IMG/VR virus record: IMGVR_UViG_2908567220_000002
Coordinates: 1-64,000 of that record
DNA: 64,000 nucleotides
Strand: one strand, 5' to 3'
Origin: a virus
Taxonomy: Duplodnaviria; Heunggongvirae; Uroviricota; Caudoviricetes
The notes under the pieces were generated by a model that saw nothing but the letters and a program-made list of their open reading frames with translations, did no database searches and was not told the origin of the DNA. Positions 9,615 through 19,799 of this stretch are shown piece by piece. Each line of letters opens with the position of its first letter. Position 1 is the first letter of the stretch. A program made the translations under genes and the position numbers.

Positions 9615-10196
9615 TCACACCGTCCCCGTGGTTGCCTGACTTGTCACCGTGCTGCCGCCGCTCTCCACACCGCTGACCGGGTGGGTGTGGATGTTGTATG
9701 CCTCCCGCAGCGCCTTCAGCGTGGTGCTGTTGGTTTCACAGTTGTCCGTGATATCCCCCGTCACCTTCAGCGACGGCGTTTCAAGGGTGACCCCGTCCGT
9801 CGCCGTCACCTTCAGCGTGGTGGCACTGTTCACCGTCACCGGCTGCCCGGAGGCCTCCACCACAATCCCGTCCTCACCCAGACGGACGAACTGCCCCCAC
9901 TGGTTGTAGACCACCACCTCACCGCTGCTCAGACCGTTAATCCGGTATGACTGATGGCCGGACGCCACCACCACCGCGCTGCTGCGGTTACCGGCAAGAC
10001 TCATCACCACCACATCCGTTCCGTCGGGCAGCACCGAGGAAAAACCAAACTGCTGAAGAACCGGCGTGTCGCTGCGTACCTCTGACGGACTCTGCACCTG
10101 CACGGTCTGCACCACACCGCTGTCATCACCCGCCGTCACGCGCCCCACGCTCAGCAGTGACACCAGACGGCGAAAAAGCACCTGTACAGGATTCAT
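9615..10196 (-). CDS. Baseplate assembly/spike protein (Mu gp45-like, gpV-like)
   Basis: 193 aa; position within the Mu-like baseplate cluster. Confidence 0.6.
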   Translation of the reverse strand: MNPVQVLFRRLVSLLSVGRVTAGDDSGVVQTVQVQSPSEVRSDTPVLQQFGFSSVLPDGTDVVVMSLAGNRSSAVVVASGHQSYRINGLSSGEVVVYNQWGQFVRLGEDGIVVEASGQPVTVNSATTLKVTATDGVTLETPSLKVTGDITDNCETNSTTLKALREAYNIHTHPVSGVESGGSTVTSQATTGTV

Positions 10197-11281
10197 GACG
10201 ACACATCCCTTCCGGCCACGCCGGAATAAAAACGGTACGGCTGCACGCTGAACGCCTCCGGCGGCATCAGGACCAGCGATGCCGTGGTCCCCGTCTCATC
10301 GTCACGGCTGAACGTCACCTCAGAGACCAGCCAGTTCAGACTGTTCGCCCCCAGTGCCGGTATGCTCACCGGCACAAAGGTGTTGGGCTGCCACAGCGTT
10401 CCCGCACTGTCACGCCAGCTGTCCACCGTGACGTTCACTGCCATGGAACGCCCGTAGCGCCGGTTCATTTCCCAGTTCACCGCCTGCTGTGCACACCCCG
10501 TCGTCATCAGCGTGCTCTCCACTATCGTCACGTGACGACGGGTGCGCATACCGGCGGCTTCCGGGTCACGGGCCGTCGCCAGCAGCACGCTGTCATAACC
10601 GGATGCCGGTGACAGCTCGCTGAGGCTGTTCACCGACACCGACAGGCCGGTGTATTCCGAAAACCGTTCATTCATGCTTCGTGTGTACTCCGCCTTCTGC
10701 AGGTTCACCCCCTGCGTCACCCCGCTGGCTGCCGACGCCGTTCCTGCCCGCGTCAGGAACAGGCTGCCATCCGGCAGGTCGTAATACAGCAGCCCCTCAT
10801 ACCGGCAGATGCGGTCGATGATTTGCTGCGACGACTCCCCCCAGTTGATGACAAAATCCGGCACCGTGGTGAAACTGTCGATGTCTGTCGTCACCGTGAT
10901 GCCGTACACCGACGCCAGTTTTCTGATGATGGCCAGCGCATCGCCGCCCTTTATCATGTTGTTCTCCCACCAGGCGGCGCAGTCCACAAGGTCCTGGCAC
11001 ATTCCCCTGCCCGTCACCCGGATATCATGCGACTGCGGCGTCAGGGTGTTCACCCACTGGTCGACATAGCCGGTCATCACCCGGTCATCACCAATGGATA
11101 TCGTGCAGTTGCTCCCCGGCGGGGCCAGCTGAAAGCCCTCCTGCGGATACCAGTCCGTCAGCGAAAGCTCAAAATCCGACGGCAGGCGCTCAATACCCCG
11201 CGTCACCCGGATATGGCTCCATCCCGACATGACGGTGTTGTTCACCTTCAGCGTCAGGGTGTCATCTGTGGTTGTACTCAT
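10193..11281 (-). CDS. Tail/baseplate hub protein (Mu gp44-like, P2 gpD-like)
   Basis: 362 aa; follows the DNA-circulation-like gene as in Mu. Confidence 0.6.
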   Translation of the reverse strand: MSTTTDDTLTLKVNNTVMSGWSHIRVTRGIERLPSDFELSLTDWYPQEGFQLAPPGSNCTISIGDDRVMTGYVDQWVNTLTPQSHDIRVTGRGMCQDLVDCAAWWENNMIKGGDALAIIRKLASVYGITVTTDIDSFTTVPDFVINWGESSQQIIDRICRYEGLLYYDLPDGSLFLTRAGTASAASGVTQGVNLQKAEYTRSMNERFSEYTGLSVSVNSLSELSPASGYDSVLLATARDPEAAGMRTRRHVTIVESTLMTTGCAQQAVNWEMNRRYGRSMAVNVTVDSWRDSAGTLWQPNTFVPVSIPALGANSLNWLVSEVTFSRDDETGTTASLVLMPPEAFSVQPYRFYSGVAGRDVSS

Positions 11282-12702
11282 GTGTTTCTCGCTGTGAAGG
11301 AAAGCGGCATGAACGCCGGATGGACGGGAGAGACCGCCTGTACCAGTTCGTCCGCACGCGAGGCGTCCTGATACAGCCGGTTTGCCAGCGCCAGCGACGG
11401 CTGCGGTGAGCGGCTGGTCACCTTCATCACGTCCTGTTGTGACAGATAATTCGTCTGCCAGTGGGTGACAAACTGCGTGTACTGCGCATTCAGCGCGTCA
11501 TAACTGTCGTCATCCGTACGGTCAGCCAGTAACAGCAGGACGGTTTCCGTCACCGTGCGGGCCTTCCGCATCACCAACACCGCGTCGTCGTGACCACGGG
11601 GGGAATACTGCATCAGCCGCCACAGCATCGCTCCGGCCCCCAGTGTGCGGATAAGGGCCTGCACCGCCGCAGAGATGGCATTTGCCGCCTCCCCTTCGTA
11701 ATACGTCCCGTCTTCCGCCGACGCAATCTCAGCCATGACGCGGATTTTCTCCGTGTCGCTGCCCGTGGCCTCCGCCAGAGTGATAATGACCGCCTGTATC
11801 GCGGACACGGCACCGGACACGGATGTGATATCCTCCAGCACCGCTGTCGCCGACTCCGCCGCCGACCGGTCCTGCACGGAGCAGGCCTGAATGGTTTCCA
11901 GGATACTGTCATCATCCGCATCCGTGGTGGCAAGCCACGTTGCAAGCGACGAGGCCGTGCTGCCCGACGGCGTGTCACTGCCCCGACAGTAACGCCCGTA
12001 ACTGTCAGGCGAATACAGGGATGACACCGTGCTGGTCATGCTGGTCACCGACGTCACCGCCCGCGAAAATATCGTCTTCCACGCGCTCACCGTGCTCTTT
12101 ATCGTTTTTACCGCGCCGGTGACACTGTTCATCTCACCGGTAATCGCCGCCAGCGTCACGGTGGCCGTTGTGGTCAGCGTCTGATACCACGTCTCCGATG
12201 ACGTGGAGGTTGTCCCCGTCACCAGTGAAAACGCTTTTTCCCCTGACTCAATGACGGTCAGCGTGAACGAAAACACACGCCCGGACTCCACGCCCTCTTC
12301 AATACGCAGACCTCCGTCCGGGACATACACCGTCATCTCACCCAGCGTCGGATGGACCAGCAGACCTCCGCCGGATGTTTCACAGGCCGCCACCAGGGCA
12401 TCCCGCTGACTGAACACATCCCCCGCGCTGTACACCAGACTGTCCTGTATCAGGAACCCGCGCAGTGTGAACTTCCGGGCGCTGCGCCCCAGGTCTTCCA
12501 CCCAGACCGTATCGCGGTACGGGTATTCATGCACCGCCACCCGGCGACCATATACCCCCTCTCCGGCAATCACGCCAAACGGCACGCCACAAAATGACGC
12601 CTGGTGAATATGCGACTGCCACTCCCACCCGCCGGAGGAAGACAGCCCCAGGGCGGATGACACCGCGTCTGTGATAATGCCCATCTTCTGCTCCTCACAC
12701 AT
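11278..12702 (-). CDS. Mu gp43-like protein (DNA circulation protein N-terminal domain family)
   Basis: 474 aa; N-terminal pattern FCGVPFGVIAGEG...GRRVAVHEYPYRD...VEDLGR; downstream of tape measure. Confidence 0.6.
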   Translation of the reverse strand: MCEEQKMGIITDAVSSALGLSSSGGWEWQSHIHQASFCGVPFGVIAGEGVYGRRVAVHEYPYRDTVWVEDLGRSARKFTLRGFLIQDSLVYSAGDVFSQRDALVAACETSGGGLLVHPTLGEMTVYVPDGGLRIEEGVESGRVFSFTLTVIESGEKAFSLVTGTTSTSSETWYQTLTTTATVTLAAITGEMNSVTGAVKTIKSTVSAWKTIFSRAVTSVTSMTSTVSSLYSPDSYGRYCRGSDTPSGSTASSLATWLATTDADDDSILETIQACSVQDRSAAESATAVLEDITSVSGAVSAIQAVIITLAEATGSDTEKIRVMAEIASAEDGTYYEGEAANAISAAVQALIRTLGAGAMLWRLMQYSPRGHDDAVLVMRKARTVTETVLLLLADRTDDDSYDALNAQYTQFVTHWQTNYLSQQDVMKVTSRSPQPSLALANRLYQDASRADELVQAVSPVHPAFMPLSFTARNT

Positions 12703-14659
12703 CCATCGCCGTGACCACCGCGCCCCCCTTCACCGTCCGGCGGGTTGTCTGCCCCGTGGCGGTGTTGGTGACGTTAATGTCCAGCCGGATTTTGTTTTCG
12801 CTGAAACCGCGACTAATTTCATCCCGCACGTCAGTCCCTGAACTGCCGGACTGCAGCATGATGATGCTGCCGCCGGATACCTGCGACATGTGCCTGAACA
12901 CCTTCGGCGCGTAGGTCTGTGTCTCCTGTGGCATCCCCTTCTGTCCGCGAAGCCAGGCGCTTATATTGCCTTCGCCCCAGTTGTACGCCTGAAAGACGCG
13001 CTGCATGTCACCACCATACTGCGCCATCAGCCCCGCCAGTTTTCTGGCCGCTGCCTCCGAGGCCCGGTAAGGGTTGAATACATCCATACCGGAAAGGCCA
13101 TACTCCCGGGCCGTCGGGTCAATGAACTGAAACATCCCCTTTGCCGTGCCGTAACGGGTGAGCGGCCCGACAGCATCCGCCCGCCCGGACGACTCCGTCA
13201 TGGCCAGACCGTACAGCGTGTTTTCCGGCAGGTTGTACTGCTTCTCCAGTGCCGCAAAATGCGCCCGCAGTTCAGGGGTGATATCACGACCACCGGCACC
13301 GTTTTTTTGTGGTGACGTGATCTGTGACAGGGCCGGAGACACCATAACTTTCGACAGATCGTCATTCAGCATCGTGGTAAGCGCATTCAGTCTGTCGGAC
13401 CGCTGACCGGACAGACGCGTGTGCATCTCCAGGAGATCTGATGTCGCGATATTGTTATCGAGATTGTATCTTTGCCGGGACGTCAGTGATTTCAGTTGCT
13501 CCGGATGGGCATACAGATAACCGCGCAGCTCTGACAGACGGTCACCCGTTTTCTGCTGACTGCTGCGCTGACCGGTCAGGACATCGGTCGCCCAGTCTAC
13601 GGAGGCGGTGACAGCATCACTGCCCAGTACCTTCGCCTTAATCCTGCCGGTGAAACCATCCCACGCGGCTGACAGACGGTTCAGGTTGCTGTTGGCCTGA
13701 ACCAGCTTCGCATTCAGACTGTCCGGCATCGACAGCCCCAGACGATCGGACTCCGCCAGCGCCGCATTCAGGTTTTTCGTTCCCCGCAGCAGCGCCAGTT
13801 GTGCATCCGACAGCCCCAGCGCGTCCGCCACCACCTTCTGCGACGAACTGTTCAGTCTCCCGAAGGCATCAATCAGGTTCTGCGTGCTCTTTTCCAGGTT
13901 CACCGTGTGGTCGCTGTTCTCCGCCAGCTTCACACCAAACTGGTTAAGAATGCCCGTGACCTCCGGTGAACGGGTGTTCAGCGCATCGTTCAGTGTCGTG
14001 AACAGTGCACCGGTCTCCGCCTGTGCCTGATCTGCCGACAGGCCCATCAGACGGAACACCCCGGCAAAGCGGCTGAACGCACTCACGCGCATTCCGGCGT
14101 TCCTTGCGTTCACATCCAGGCTGTATGCCGCTTTCGAGGCATCATAAAGATTACTGACGACCGCCTTCACCGCCATGCCACCGCCAGCGACCACAAGCCC
14201 CGCAAGACCTCCGCGCCCCAGCGCACTGAACAACTCTGATGACAGTGCCCCGACATTGCGCAGCGGCGGCACAATATCCCCGAAATGCTGTGACGTGTCC
14301 TTCCCCAGCCGGGACAGCCGTTCAAAATATCCGGACATCCTGTCCGCATTCTCCTGACTCTCCCTTCCCAGCGCCCTGTTACCCGCCCTGTCTGTGGCCA
14401 GCAGCGCGTTCATCAGTAGCGTAACCGAATCGTGGATCTGCGTTATCTTCCCGCCCAGCGCATCCGCCGCACCGGATGCCCCGTTCAGGGACGTGTCATT
14501 TACTTCACCCAGCTCCTCAGACAGACCTGACACGCTGGCCGCCGCCTGCTCTGCGTTACCTGCCAGCAGTCCTGCAGCCTCTGAGGCTCTCAGTAAAAGC
14601 GCATCCGCGTTACCCTTTGCATTCAGCTCAAAAACAAAAGCATTACCCGCCATCGCCAC
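12695..14659 (-). CDS. Tail tape measure protein with C-terminal lytic transglycosylase (SLT) domain
   Basis: 654 aa, Ala/Leu-rich helical N-terminal part; C-terminal TESSGRAD...GMFQF...AYNWG motifs typical of SLT. Confidence 0.7.
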   Translation of the reverse strand: MAMAGNAFVFELNAKGNADALLLRASEAAGLLAGNAEQAAASVSGLSEELGEVNDTSLNGASGAADALGGKITQIHDSVTLLMNALLATDRAGNRALGRESQENADRMSGYFERLSRLGKDTSQHFGDIVPPLRNVGALSSELFSALGRGGLAGLVVAGGGMAVKAVVSNLYDASKAAYSLDVNARNAGMRVSAFSRFAGVFRLMGLSADQAQAETGALFTTLNDALNTRSPEVTGILNQFGVKLAENSDHTVNLEKSTQNLIDAFGRLNSSSQKVVADALGLSDAQLALLRGTKNLNAALAESDRLGLSMPDSLNAKLVQANSNLNRLSAAWDGFTGRIKAKVLGSDAVTASVDWATDVLTGQRSSQQKTGDRLSELRGYLYAHPEQLKSLTSRQRYNLDNNIATSDLLEMHTRLSGQRSDRLNALTTMLNDDLSKVMVSPALSQITSPQKNGAGGRDITPELRAHFAALEKQYNLPENTLYGLAMTESSGRADAVGPLTRYGTAKGMFQFIDPTAREYGLSGMDVFNPYRASEAAARKLAGLMAQYGGDMQRVFQAYNWGEGNISAWLRGQKGMPQETQTYAPKVFRHMSQVSGGSIIMLQSGSSGTDVRDEISRGFSENKIRLDINVTNTATGQTTRRTVKGGAVVTAMDV

Positions 14660-14788
14660 TCCTCAGCCTGTTGATCCGCTCTGCCTGTGACGACCACCAG
14701 AGAATTTCCCCTGACGTCAGCCCCCACGCCTCGCGCGGGGACCAGTGAAAGAACCACGTCAGTTCAGCCGCCCTCGCCTGCCACTGGC

Positions 14789-15067
14789 TCAGGCCTCCAG
14801 GAAAAAACCCGTCAGGAACCGCTCACACTTTTTGTAATCGGACACCGCCATGAATTTCAGCGGGGCAGACGGCACGCCCGCCACTGCCGCAATCAGCTCA
14901 CGCATGGCCGCCATTGCGCCCAGTGAGGCGGTATTGCGGTGAAAGTCCTCCGCCTGGAACAGCACCGGCTCTTTCAGTCGCAGCTCACGGAACTCGGTCC
15001 TGGTATCCGGATCCTTCACCGGACGTTTCAGCGTCACCACCAGTTCTTCGGTCTGTTTCTCATTCAT
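14789..15067 (-). CDS. Putative tail assembly chaperone
   Basis: 92-aa ORF between tail tube and tape measure, the usual chaperone position; 129-bp gap to tape measure could hold a frameshift extension. Confidence 0.45.
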   Translation of the reverse strand: MNEKQTEELVVTLKRPVKDPDTRTEFRELRLKEPVLFQAEDFHRNTASLGAMAAMRELIAAVAGVPSAPLKFMAVSDYKKCERFLTGFFLEA

Positions 15068-15069
15068 TG

Positions 15070-15435
15070 TCAGCTCTCCGTCACTTCCCGCCCCTCAAAA
15101 CGGGCCGTAAAGGTTGCATCGTTGTTGTCTGTCTCAATCCGGCCAGTCAGCCACATGTTCTGACCGAGAATGGTCTTGCCGTTCACCAGATAGGCCGCCA
15201 CCGTCACATCCGTATATGCCGCAAAATCCTTCAGTGACAGTGAGCCGGAATCACGCACCGTCATCTCGATAAACGGCGCTTTGTACGACTCCTTAAAGCC
15301 ATGTATGCCGCTCATCCCCGTGAGCGTTTCACGCTCGATTTCACCCACGGAATATCTGAACGTTCCGGCCACATTGACCGACACGCCGTCAATCGTCACG
15401 GTACAGGTGCCCGCTAACGCGTTCTGACTCATCAT
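15070..15435 (-). CDS. Tail tube protein (Mu-like)
   Basis: 121 aa, immediately downstream of the sheath gene. Confidence 0.65.
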   Translation of the reverse strand: MMSQNALAGTCTVTIDGVSVNVAGTFRYSVGEIERETLTGMSGIHGFKESYKAPFIEMTVRDSGSLSLKDFAAYTDVTVAAYLVNGKTILGQNMWLTGRIETDNNDATFTARFEGREVTES

Positions 15436-15474
15436 CGTCTCCCGTAAAAAAGCCGCCCGCAGGCGGCATCATGG

Positions 15475-16977
15475 TTAATCGCTGCGGCTGTTCAGCCTGA
15501 ACTGGTTCAGCACCGCAAAGATGCGTAACTGGTTCATCAGGCGGCCCGGCCACACCACGTTCACGCGGTTCGGGTTGTCACTGTCACGCTCAACCACCAG
15601 TTGCTCCGCAAACGCATCCGCATTCTGCACGTAGCCGTTGCTCGCCAGCGTCCGGAACCGGGCGATCAGCTCAGCACGAATAATCGCAGGTGTGGCTATC
15701 GCAGCCCCTGCCGGAATATTCGCGTCGTCATCTGCCAGCTTCATCCGTCCAAACTTCGAGGTCACCTGTGTGCGCATGTCGCGGCATACATACATCAGCG
15801 TGTACATCGTCTCGATCTGCAGGTAGCTGTCGTCTGTCGCACCGTATCGGTTGGTCTGGTACGTGGTGATGGTATTCTCAAGCGTCACCGTATCGTCGGC
15901 CGACACCGTGAAGGTTGAGATACCGCTGTAGAGAAGCGTGTTCCGCTCCGTCAGGGTGAAACGGCTTGCCAGCGGCGGGGCCAGCACACCGGATACCGGC
16001 AGCGTCTGGGTGGGTCTCGCCGGATCGTTGCGGACCGACTGCGCCAGCGCCCCCACCATCGCGGCGGCATAGTCATATGAGGTGTTCGGACCGTCATACA
16101 CTCCCCAGAGTGTCATGTGCTGGTCGTTGCGGCGCTCTCCCTTGTCTGCCAGCTCGCCATAGCTGCCGTTTACCGCCGTGAAGGCATGGCCGTAAATTTG
16201 TTTGTCCCACGCCCAGCGACCTTCGTCATCCGACAGAAAATCCTTCATGTCGTTGAGCGATGTGGTGTCGGAATACGCCAGGACAATGAAATCAAACGTG
16301 CGGTCGCCCAGAGAGGCGAGCGCATCCGCAAGGTCCGGCGCACCCTCCCCGCCACTCATCGCCGTGATGGTCAGCGTCAGGCCGTCCGGGGTGGACTCGC
16401 CGCCGGATGACCCGAGATAGTTCAGCCGGATATCAATGGTGTTTCCCGTCTCACCGGCATTTCTGGCCGTAAGCTCAACGGTCGTGCCATCACGGGGCAC
16501 GGAGGCCGTCACCGGCAGCCCGGAGGTGGCGTTGATTCTGTCTGCCAGCAGACTGGCAATCTCTGCCCGCGTGTACGCTGGCTTCACCGTCAGGCGAACG
16601 CGGGTGCCTGCGATGTACAGGTAAATGACGCCGGATGCCGTCGGCACACTGTCAACAGATATACTGCCTGTGGCCGTCGTCATGCTGCTGTCATCATCCG
16701 CCAGCGGCAGCAGCCAGGTCTCTCCGTAGCTGTCATTTTTAAGGTAGGCCATCAGCATGGTATGCAGCATGGAGCCTTCCCCGCACAGCCCGGCAGCCAT
16801 GGAGGCCGATGAACAGCGGTATGCCGTCCCTGCCGTGGCCGTTCCCGCAGCCGTCATCTGACCAATCAGCAGCGTGCGCTGCGTCTCCGTGGCGCTGTTC
16901 GCCATTGAGTTGTCCACTTCAACATAGAACAGTGGCACACGGAGATTTGACGGGATATTGCTGAACGATACCGTCAT
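15475..16977 (-). CDS. Contractile tail sheath protein (Mu gpL-like)
   Basis: 500 aa; size and position typical of a myovirus sheath. Confidence 0.75.
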   Translation of the reverse strand: MTVSFSNIPSNLRVPLFYVEVDNSMANSATETQRTLLIGQMTAAGTATAGTAYRCSSASMAAGLCGEGSMLHTMLMAYLKNDSYGETWLLPLADDDSSMTTATGSISVDSVPTASGVIYLYIAGTRVRLTVKPAYTRAEIASLLADRINATSGLPVTASVPRDGTTVELTARNAGETGNTIDIRLNYLGSSGGESTPDGLTLTITAMSGGEGAPDLADALASLGDRTFDFIVLAYSDTTSLNDMKDFLSDDEGRWAWDKQIYGHAFTAVNGSYGELADKGERRNDQHMTLWGVYDGPNTSYDYAAAMVGALAQSVRNDPARPTQTLPVSGVLAPPLASRFTLTERNTLLYSGISTFTVSADDTVTLENTITTYQTNRYGATDDSYLQIETMYTLMYVCRDMRTQVTSKFGRMKLADDDANIPAGAAIATPAIIRAELIARFRTLASNGYVQNADAFAEQLVVERDSDNPNRVNVVWPGRLMNQLRIFAVLNQFRLNSRSD

Positions 16978-17264
16978 GCATCCCCCCCTTTCGCCGTGCT
17001 GGCAGACGTGCTGCCTGTTGCTGTCGTGGACGCGGTCACTTTGCCGGTGGCTGCCGTGGTGGCCCTGTCAGCCAGCACCACATCCCCCTGCTTCAGGCGG
17101 CGTCGCCAGAACAAATCACGATCCGGCACCTCCGCCCCCTCATCAGGCAGCAGACGTGACGGGTCGCCGGGGTAGCGCACCCTGCGCCCCGGTACAGGTT
17201 TCACAAACATGGAATTTCTCCTGTCAGGTTTCACTGCCGGTTTCATCACCGGCAGACAAATCAA
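16974..17264 (-). CDS. Hypothetical tail-associated protein (Mu gp38-like position); start uncertain
   Basis: 96-aa ORF; internal Met candidates at 17246 and 17210. Confidence 0.4.
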   Translation of the reverse strand: MICLPVMKPAVKPDRRNSMFVKPVPGRRVRYPGDPSRLLPDEGAEVPDRDLFWRRRLKQGDVVLADRATTAATGKVTASTTATGSTSASTAKGGDA

Positions 17265-17787
17265 AATGCAGGCGGAATGACGGATACACGCCGCGCACGT
17301 TCACCTCACGCAGCGGGACAATCTCAGACGGGAAGAAATCCTCCGGCCCCTGGTAGTACTCCAGATCCAGCTCCAGCACCACAATACCGGTGTGCGCTTC
17401 ACCGTCGGAATCCACGCCGATATGCGACCGGATCCTGCTGATTTGCTGAAACTTCATGCGGACGTCCGGATTACCGATGACGGCACGCTCTATCGCCTCC
17501 TTCATCGCCTCCGCCTCTTCCCACGCCACGCCTGCTGCGTTTTCCGTCTCGTCCCCGCTGTCATACGCCAGCACGCGACCGTCGATACGCAGGGTCGTGG
17601 TGGTGGTGAACTGCGGCACATGCCGCCCCTGTGACACCTTGTGTTCGGACTGCACGGACACAATGATGAGCGGGTACTGGTCCGGCATCACCGGCAGGGT
17701 GCGCGGGGAATACACCCGACCGCCAAAACCGGAACAGTCGTTCAGTGCCCGGGTGACAATTTTTCTGGCTTCTGCGGTATTCATCAC
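17224..17787 (-). CDS. Putative tail completion/neck protein (Mu gp37-like position)
   Basis: 187 aa; between the head-tail connector-like gene and the sheath. Confidence 0.5.
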   Translation of the reverse strand: MMNTAEARKIVTRALNDCSGFGGRVYSPRTLPVMPDQYPLIIVSVQSEHKVSQGRHVPQFTTTTTLRIDGRVLAYDSGDETENAAGVAWEEAEAMKEAIERAVIGNPDVRMKFQQISRIRSHIGVDSDGEAHTGIVVLELDLEYYQGPEDFFPSEIVPLREVNVRGVYPSFRLHFDLSAGDETGSET

Positions 17788-18119
17788 TTCACCCTGTTCA
17801 GTTCAAGTCGCGTGCCGCCGTGGCTGTCCGGTTGCACATCCCGCACGATATACAGCTCCCCCGTGCGCACGATGAGGAAAATATCGCCCTGCTTCGGCTT
17901 CACGCGACACGCCGCATCCCGCACGCCCAGCACGGGCAGCGTGGAGTTTGATTCCGTGCCCCCGTCCTCGCCGACAAGCTGCTGCGTGTACGCCCGGTCA
18001 AAAATCCCGGTCAGCCGGTACGCCTCACCGCCACGCGGGCGGTGTTCGCATTCCTCACCAAACACCCCGAACAACGGGGACAACAGATTTTTGTCCCAGT
18101 CAACCGGTCCGGCCATCAC
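17784..18119 (-). CDS. Putative head-tail connector protein (Mu gp36-like position)
   Basis: 111 aa; overlapping start/stop with neighbours. Confidence 0.5.
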   Translation of the reverse strand: MMAGPVDWDKNLLSPLFGVFGEECEHRPRGGEAYRLTGIFDRAYTQQLVGEDGGTESNSTLPVLGVRDAACRVKPKQGDIFLIVRTGELYIVRDVQPDSHGGTRLELNRVK

Positions 18120-18285
18120 CCTTCATCTCCGCCAGTGGAACAATCACCCCCAGACGCAGAAGACGCTGCGCCTCGCTTTCGCTCAGGGTGATCACATTAC
18201 CCTGCGCCACCCGTTGTCCGTTGTGCTGCACACAACCGCGCAGCACAACATAGTCAACCGGCGCGCCCTTTTTGCCGGACGCCAT
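18100..18285 (-). CDS. Small hypothetical head-tail region protein
   Basis: ORF 18100-18336; probable start just downstream of the capsid stop. Confidence 0.35.
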   Translation of the reverse strand: MASGKKGAPVDYVVLRGCVQHNGQRVAQGNVITLSESEAQRLLRLGVIVPLAEMKGDGRTG

Positions 18286-18286
18286 C

Positions 18287-19342
18287 TCACACCACCGACG
18301 CGCACAGGCACGCATTGACACGGGACGGGATGACAATCGGTGCCGACTGCATCATCAGGAAACGCTGTGCCGGATCCTGCTGATCCCACATTTTCGGGGC
18401 ATAGGCCATCTGGCCGTAATTAAACGCCGGATCCATGATACAGCCGAACGCGCAGGTCCCCATCAGGGCCGCCCCGGTCAGAATGACGTTGCCGTCATCC
18501 AGCATCGGTTTTTCGGTTCCGTCATCCGGATCGATGAACCAGTCGTTATACAGCCAGAGGTTGAAGTTCCCCCACCTGCCCTTGTACACCGCACCGGTGT
18601 TGATCTGCGTCCCCGGGTTCACCACGTTGCTGGTCGGGTTCAGGGCGGGCATGTTGATGGCGTTCTCACGAATGAAACTGTCGTTCATGAACGCTGTCCA
18701 GGCTGACGGCGTGAAAATCACCTCGGTCGGGTACGCACCGGATTTTTTCAGCATCAGCGTCGCCCACGCCTCAAGGCAGGAGGTCGGGATCGTGCTGCTT
18801 TCCTCAGAAGGCCAGACATCATCCCCGCTCAGTGTCACCGTCAGGTCGCTGTCACGACGAAAATCCACTTCCGTGGTCGGGTAGCCCTCACCGGCGATCG
18901 TCACCTTCGCGTACTGGAGCGCCTGTGCCGCCATCCATTCAAGACGACGGTTCAGCATGTTGATCTGGTCGGCCATCTCGTACTGGAGGTTCAGCATTGC
19001 ACGCTCTGCTGGCGTGTACTCACGCCCGCCCAGGCGTTCGCCGATCATACGGCGCACCGGACGAAGCAAATCGGGAACGCGCTTATCCTTGATGTAGGCC
19101 GGTCTGAAGGTGTTGGTCTGGTACGGCAGGGCCTCAACCATTGGTCCTTCCACCAGAGGGGAGCAGAACGGTGACATACGGCGTGCGCCCACTTCCACAT
19201 CAATGGCCACATACTCCGTATCGCTCAGCACGATATTCGGGAAAAAACTGTCCAGCAGCCAGTTCTGAGCCACAAACAGGTTCGGCACCACCTGCGCCAG
19301 AAACGCGGTGTCGTACAGCAGATTAAAGTCTTTTTCGCTCAT
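18287..19342 (-). CDS. Major capsid protein (lambda gpE family)
   Basis: 351 aa; recalled resemblance to lambda E (FRPAYIKDK vs FTPGYVKPK; C-terminal MMQSAPIVIP vs MIQSAPLMLL). Confidence 0.75.
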   Translation of the reverse strand: MSEKDFNLLYDTAFLAQVVPNLFVAQNWLLDSFFPNIVLSDTEYVAIDVEVGARRMSPFCSPLVEGPMVEALPYQTNTFRPAYIKDKRVPDLLRPVRRMIGERLGGREYTPAERAMLNLQYEMADQINMLNRRLEWMAAQALQYAKVTIAGEGYPTTEVDFRRDSDLTVTLSGDDVWPSEESSTIPTSCLEAWATLMLKKSGAYPTEVIFTPSAWTAFMNDSFIRENAINMPALNPTSNVVNPGTQINTGAVYKGRWGNFNLWLYNDWFIDPDDGTEKPMLDDGNVILTGAALMGTCAFGCIMDPAFNYGQMAYAPKMWDQQDPAQRFLMMQSAPIVIPSRVNACLCASVV

Positions 19343-19397
19343 AAAAATCCCATAAAAAAAGCCGCATCATGCGGCTGTCAGGCTGTCAGAGGGGAGA

Positions 19398-19799
19398 TCA
19401 CGGTACCGTGACCGGATTGCGCAGAAAGATTTTCTCTTTCTCCAGCGCCACGCTCAGATCATCAATGTCCCAGCTTTCATCAAAAATCACCCGGTTTGCG
19501 TTGAACTCACCCATCAGGTAGACACCGGCCAGCACATCACCGGACGAGGCATCCGCCATGTCCGCCAGAATCGCCACCGGCGTTTCGCTGCCGTCCGTCA
19601 CGCCTGCCCCCTGCTTGCAGAGGGTGTACGCCCCACTTTCCGTCATGCGCCCCAGCACCGTACCGCGCTGATACACCTCGCCACCAGTGATGGTCACAGT
19701 TTTTGTGACCACCTGAAGCGGTCCGCACAGCAGCTGGTCCGGCTGGTATGCACCGGACCAGTAACCCGGTACCGACGGGTTGTTTCCGTATGTGCTCAT
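19398..19799 (-). CDS. Head decoration protein (lambda gpD-like)
   Basis: 133 aa, immediately upstream of the major capsid gene as in lambda D-E. Confidence 0.6.
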   Translation of the reverse strand: MSTYGNNPSVPGYWSGAYQPDQLLCGPLQVVTKTVTITGGEVYQRGTVLGRMTESGAYTLCKQGAGVTDGSETPVAILADMADASSGDVLAGVYLMGEFNANRVIFDESWDIDDLSVALEKEKIFLRNPVTVP